Assembly: GCA_947243855.1 (NCBI GenBank)
Contig: CAMXIK010000018.1
Coordinates: forward strand, 6,813-70,812
Source: an uncultured Lachnospiraceae bacterium
GTDB lineage: Bacteria; Bacillota; Clostridia; Lachnospirales; Lachnospiraceae
Length of the DNA stretch: 64,000 nt
Direction of reading: 5' to 3'
Below the pieces are notes generated by a model. The model was given only the letters and a program-made list of their open reading frames with translations, was not told where the DNA came from and made no database searches. A program made the translations under genes and the position numbers. This document shows, piece after piece, positions 60,625 to 64,000 of the stretch; within the stretch, counting starts at the first letter, position 1, and the number at the start of each line of letters is the position of its first letter.

Positions 60625-62745
60625 ATGATGAGATCATTGTTTTCTGGCGTGTCGGGTTTAAAAACCCACCAGACCAGAATGGATGTTATCGGTAATAACA
60701 TCGCAAACGTAAACACAACGGCGTACAAGTCGCAGAACATGGTGTTCAGCGACCTGTTATACCAGACCACGCAGGCGGCGTCCGGCGCGAATGCGAATAC
60801 GGGCCGCGGCGGTATCAACGCAAGACAGATCGGTCTCGGTTCCAAGACGGCGGCCATCAACACGGCTATCACGAGACAGGGTTCCGCCCAGTCCACCAAC
60901 AACCCTTGGGACGTGATGATCACGGGCGAGTCGTTCTTCATCGTAAACAGCGGCTCCCAGAACTTCTTCACCAGAGACGGCTCTTTCACCATCGATGGCG
61001 CGGGCAATCTGGTTATGGCCAGCACCGGTTACACCGTGATGGGCTGGCAGTATGATCCGGAGACGGGCGATATCCGCTCCGATGTGGTTTCCGCCCTGCA
61101 GATTATGAACAGGGATAATCTGACCGCTCTGCCGGAATACACGACGAACGGTTACGCCTCTGGCATCGTTGACAAGAACGACACCAACGTGCACAGCAGC
61201 GCAGGTAAGATCATGAGCCTGAAGATTTTCGACGCGGAAGGCTACGAGTATTCAGTGTTGATGAGTATTCATGCTATGAGCAAGGACGGAAACTACTATG
61301 TGCAGCTTGACGACATCAAAAACTCCGACGGCGTGTCTTTGAAAGATTATTATAAAGTGACGGATATCAGCCAGATCGCTAGCTTTGGCGGAAAAACAAC
61401 CATGCCGCCTGAATCGAAAGTGTATTCGGTTCCCGAAAACATCGATTACACGCCGGCTAACGGCACCGATCCGGCAAAGTTCTTGGTGAACTATCAGTTT
61501 GGCGAGGTTTTGAAAGATTTTGATTCCAATCCCATGATGGCCATTGCCGAATCGGCGGGAACGCTGAAAGTAACGCAGATTGGCGGCCAACCTGTTACGA
61601 ACGGCATGGCGGCGTCAACTACGACCAAGGTAACGCTGGAAGGTTCGGCGAATTTGACGAAGGATACCCTGCAGAGGGATTATGGCATTACCTACGATGA
61701 TAAAGCGGGATGCTACTATTATAAGGATGCAGCCGGCGCAACGACGGCTCTGCCTAACGCGCCTACCGATCAGGCAGGGGTGGATGCATGGGCATCTGTG
61801 CTGAGTAAGCTGATGGGGACGGGAACAGGGAGCGTGAAGATTCCCGTTCCTGCTGCAGCGACAGACCCTTCCCCGATCAAGGTTAACGACGACGGCAGCG
61901 TGGACGTTACCTTTACGGCTGAGTTCGATCCTACAAGGGACGATTTGCAGTATAATTCCACAGCAGAGAGATTTGCGGTGCCGTTGGAGTATACGGCGGA
62001 TGGCGGCGATGGCGACGCGGAGATTTTACAGCGGGTTTACGGCCTGACCAATACCGATAATATGACCTATGTGCTTGACTATGTGACGCCCGATGGCCAC
62101 GCCAGCGTGACGGCGACGGAATCCTACAACGGCTATATGCTGACGTTTGATACTAAGACTGGTTTGTTTACCGGTATCGGCTCAGTGGGGCAGGACGCGG
62201 CCGTATTGGATTTCAGCGCTACTGCTACGGATATGACGGGTACGACCGTGAATCTCGAACATTTCAGCGATGTTTCCATTGATTTTGCGTCGCTGACCAA
62301 CGTAAACAACGGTAAGGTTTCCACCGCGGGTCTGGATAACGGCGACGGCACCTCGGCCAATAACGGCACGGGCCGTAAGCGGGGCGAGCTGATCGGCGTA
62401 GAGATCGGACAGGACGGTAAGATCAGGGCTTCCTACGACAACGGCATGACGAAGCTCTTGGGACAGATCGCAGTTGCTAAGTTTGCGAACGCTTCCGGTC
62501 TGGCAAAGGCGGGTAATAACCTTTACTCCACCACCATGAACTCCGGTGAGTTCGACGGCATCGGACAGGATATCACGGCGGACGGCGAGGGTTCCATGGA
62601 ATCCGGTATTCTGGAGATGAGTAACGTGGATCTGGCGGGCGAGTTTACCGAAATGATCACGACTCAGCGTGGTTTCCAGGCGAACAGCCGTATCATTACC
62701 ACTTCCGATACGCTGCTGGAGGAGCTGGTAAATCTTAAGAGATAG
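60625..62745 (+). CDS. flgE: Flagellar hook protein FlgE (706 aa)
   Basis: GNNIANVNT, FTRDGSF, LEMSNVDLAGEFTEMITTQRGFQAN. Confidence 0.96.
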   Translation: MMRSLFSGVSGLKTHQTRMDVIGNNIANVNTTAYKSQNMVFSDLLYQTTQAASGANANTGRGGINARQIGLGSKTAAINTAITRQGSAQSTNNPWDVMITGESFFIVNSGSQNFFTRDGSFTIDGAGNLVMASTGYTVMGWQYDPETGDIRSDVVSALQIMNRDNLTALPEYTTNGYASGIVDKNDTNVHSSAGKIMSLKIFDAEGYEYSVLMSIHAMSKDGNYYVQLDDIKNSDGVSLKDYYKVTDISQIASFGGKTTMPPESKVYSVPENIDYTPANGTDPAKFLVNYQFGEVLKDFDSNPMMAIAESAGTLKVTQIGGQPVTNGMAASTTTKVTLEGSANLTKDTLQRDYGITYDDKAGCYYYKDAAGATTALPNAPTDQAGVDAWASVLSKLMGTGTGSVKIPVPAAATDPSPIKVNDDGSVDVTFTAEFDPTRDDLQYNSTAERFAVPLEYTADGGDGDAEILQRVYGLTNTDNMTYVLDYVTPDGHASVTATESYNGYMLTFDTKTGLFTGIGSVGQDAAVLDFSATATDMTGTTVNLEHFSDVSIDFASLTNVNNGKVSTAGLDNGDGTSANNGTGRKRGELIGVEIGQDGKIRASYDNGMTKLLGQIAVAKFANASGLAKAGNNLYSTTMNSGEFDGIGQDITADGEGSMESGILEMSNVDLAGEFTEMITTQRGFQANSRIITTSDTLLEELVNLKR

Positions 62746-62760
62746 TTTTTAAAAAAATAA

Positions 62761-62800
62761 AAGGGACTTTCTGCGGATTTTCGTGGAAGGTTCCTTTTTT
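62761..62800 (+). terminator. Terminator after flgE
   Basis: AAGGGACTTTC/GAAGGTTCCTT followed by a T-run. Confidence 0.65.
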
Positions 62801-62836
62801 GTGGGTATATTGCCAAAAAAATTGGTAAATTTTTTT

Positions 62837-62865
62837 TTGCAGTTTTTGTAGATGTGTGGTAAAAT
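62837..62865 (+). promoter_or_regulatory. sigmaA-type promoter for flbD-motAB
   Basis: TTGCAG-17 nt-TAAAAT with extended TG. Confidence 0.6.
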
Positions 62866-62906
62866 GATTTAGTTGTAGTGTATCAAACCTAAAAGGGGGA
62901 TTACCA

Positions 62907-63092
62907 GTGGTAGAGGTCACGAAGATTAACGGCGTTAAAGTTTTGATCAACCCTGATCTATTGGAATTGGTGGAGGAAACGCCTGATACGGTGCTCTCTT
63001 TTACCACCGGACGGAAAATAATTGTAAAAGAAAGTAGACAAGAAGTGAAAAATTTAGTAAAATCGTATAGAAAGGATATTTTTGCAGACTAG
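62907..63092 (+). CDS. flbD: FlbD/SwrD flagellar protein
   Basis: VTKING...INPDLLELVEETPDTVL...GRKIIVKES. Confidence 0.92.
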   Translation: MVEVTKINGVKVLINPDLLELVEETPDTVLSFTTGRKIIVKESRQEVKNLVKSYRKDIFAD

Positions 63093-63113
63093 TGTAAAAG
63101 TGGGTGTGTACAT

Positions 63114-63911
63114 ATGGATATAGCTTCAATTATTGGCTTGGTAACATGTTTTGCGTTAATGATATTCGGCATGGTGTTCGGCAAGAGTTTCTCCATGGTG
63201 TTCAGATTCTTGGACCCGCCGTCGATGCTGATTACCTTTGGCGGTTCCTTCATGTGTATCTTTGCGAGCTATACGATACCAGAGTTCGTTGCTGGACTTA
63301 AAAGTATGGGACTGATCTTCAAGACTTCCACTATGAATGTGCCGGAAATCATCCAGAAGATTATAGATTTGTCCAATGTGGCGCGTAAGGAAGGACTCCT
63401 CTCTTTGGAGGAAGCGGCCAGCGATATCGAAGACGAATTTTTGAAGAAGGGCATCCTTTTGATTGTGGACGGCACCGATCCAGAGCTTGTCCGCGCCATC
63501 ATGGAGACCGAGCTGGTGAGTGTGGAAGGCAGACATAAAGACAAGATCGGTTTTTGGGAAAACGTTGCCGCTATGGGCCCCGCATGGGGCATGATCGGTA
63601 CCCTGATCGGTCTGATTAACATGTTGGCCGACCTGTCGGATTTCGCATCCATCGGGCCGAACATGGCGGTCGCGCTGGTAACAACCTTTTACGGTTCGCT
63701 GTTGGCGAACTGGATTTGTGCGCCAGTATCGACGAAGCTTAAGAATAAAAACGCGGAAGAGATGATGGTGAAGGAGATTGAGATAGAGGGTCTTCTCTCC
63801 ATTCAGGCGGGCGAGAACCCGCGTGTCATCGAAGAGAAATTGAAGTCCTTCTTGGCGCCTGCCGACAGAGGCAGCGCGGGAGCTGAGGGCGGAGGTGAAG
63901 CGGATGGCTAA
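63114..63911 (+). CDS. motA: Stator protein MotA
   Basis: ARKEGLLSLE, GPAWGMIGTLIGL, ALVTTFYG, GENPR. Confidence 0.96.
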   Translation: MDIASIIGLVTCFALMIFGMVFGKSFSMVFRFLDPPSMLITFGGSFMCIFASYTIPEFVAGLKSMGLIFKTSTMNVPEIIQKIIDLSNVARKEGLLSLEEAASDIEDEFLKKGILLIVDGTDPELVRAIMETELVSVEGRHKDKIGFWENVAAMGPAWGMIGTLIGLINMLADLSDFASIGPNMAVALVTTFYGSLLANWICAPVSTKLKNKNAEEMMVKEIEIEGLLSIQAGENPRVIEEKLKSFLAPADRGSAGAEGGGEADG

Positions 63912-64000
63912 AAAGAAGCAGGAAGAGGCCCCTAAGGGTTCGCCGGCGTGGATGGCCACTTTCTCCGATTTGATGAATCTGCTTCTCTGCTTTTTCGTCC
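63904..64000 (+). CDS. motB: Stator protein MotB, 5' part (runs off the window)
   Basis: MAKKKQEE...PAWMATFSDLMNLLLCFFV; overlaps the motA stop. Confidence 0.9.
   Translation, partial: MAKKKQEEAPKGSPAWMATFSDLMNLLLCFFV

Overview
64 kb of a motile, spore-forming Lachnospiraceae-like (Clostridia) chromosome with two accessory blocks. (1) 1-6225 is the right arm of a small integrative element ending in a tRNA-Gly 3' fragment (att site). It carries a TcpA/FtsK coupling protein, an XRE regulator, a secreted Ser-rich protein, a Phd-RelE type II TA pair and a 32-aa Fst-type type I toxin with its antisense RNA, which the ORF track misses. (2) ~14290-30960 is an AT-rich, decaying defence island at the 3' end of rlmD: a type I R-M system (hsdRMS), an AbiTii-TIR fusion gene split by one extra A, GNATs, YhcG nuclease, KilA-N and RhuM relics, two lipoprotein paralogues with conserved ends, and Mrr. 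No recombinase is visible in it. The core regions hold EamA, an MCP, SPFH, pcrA, purF, a yybP-ykoY Mn riboswitch with a GDT1 transporter, rpsT/gpr/spoIIP/lepA/hemW/sigK, comM-dprA-topA-codY and the flgB-to-motB flagellar operon. No CRISPR array, rRNA, intact tRNA, transposase or reverse transcriptase was seen. All protein family calls come from motif recognition by eye, not database searches.
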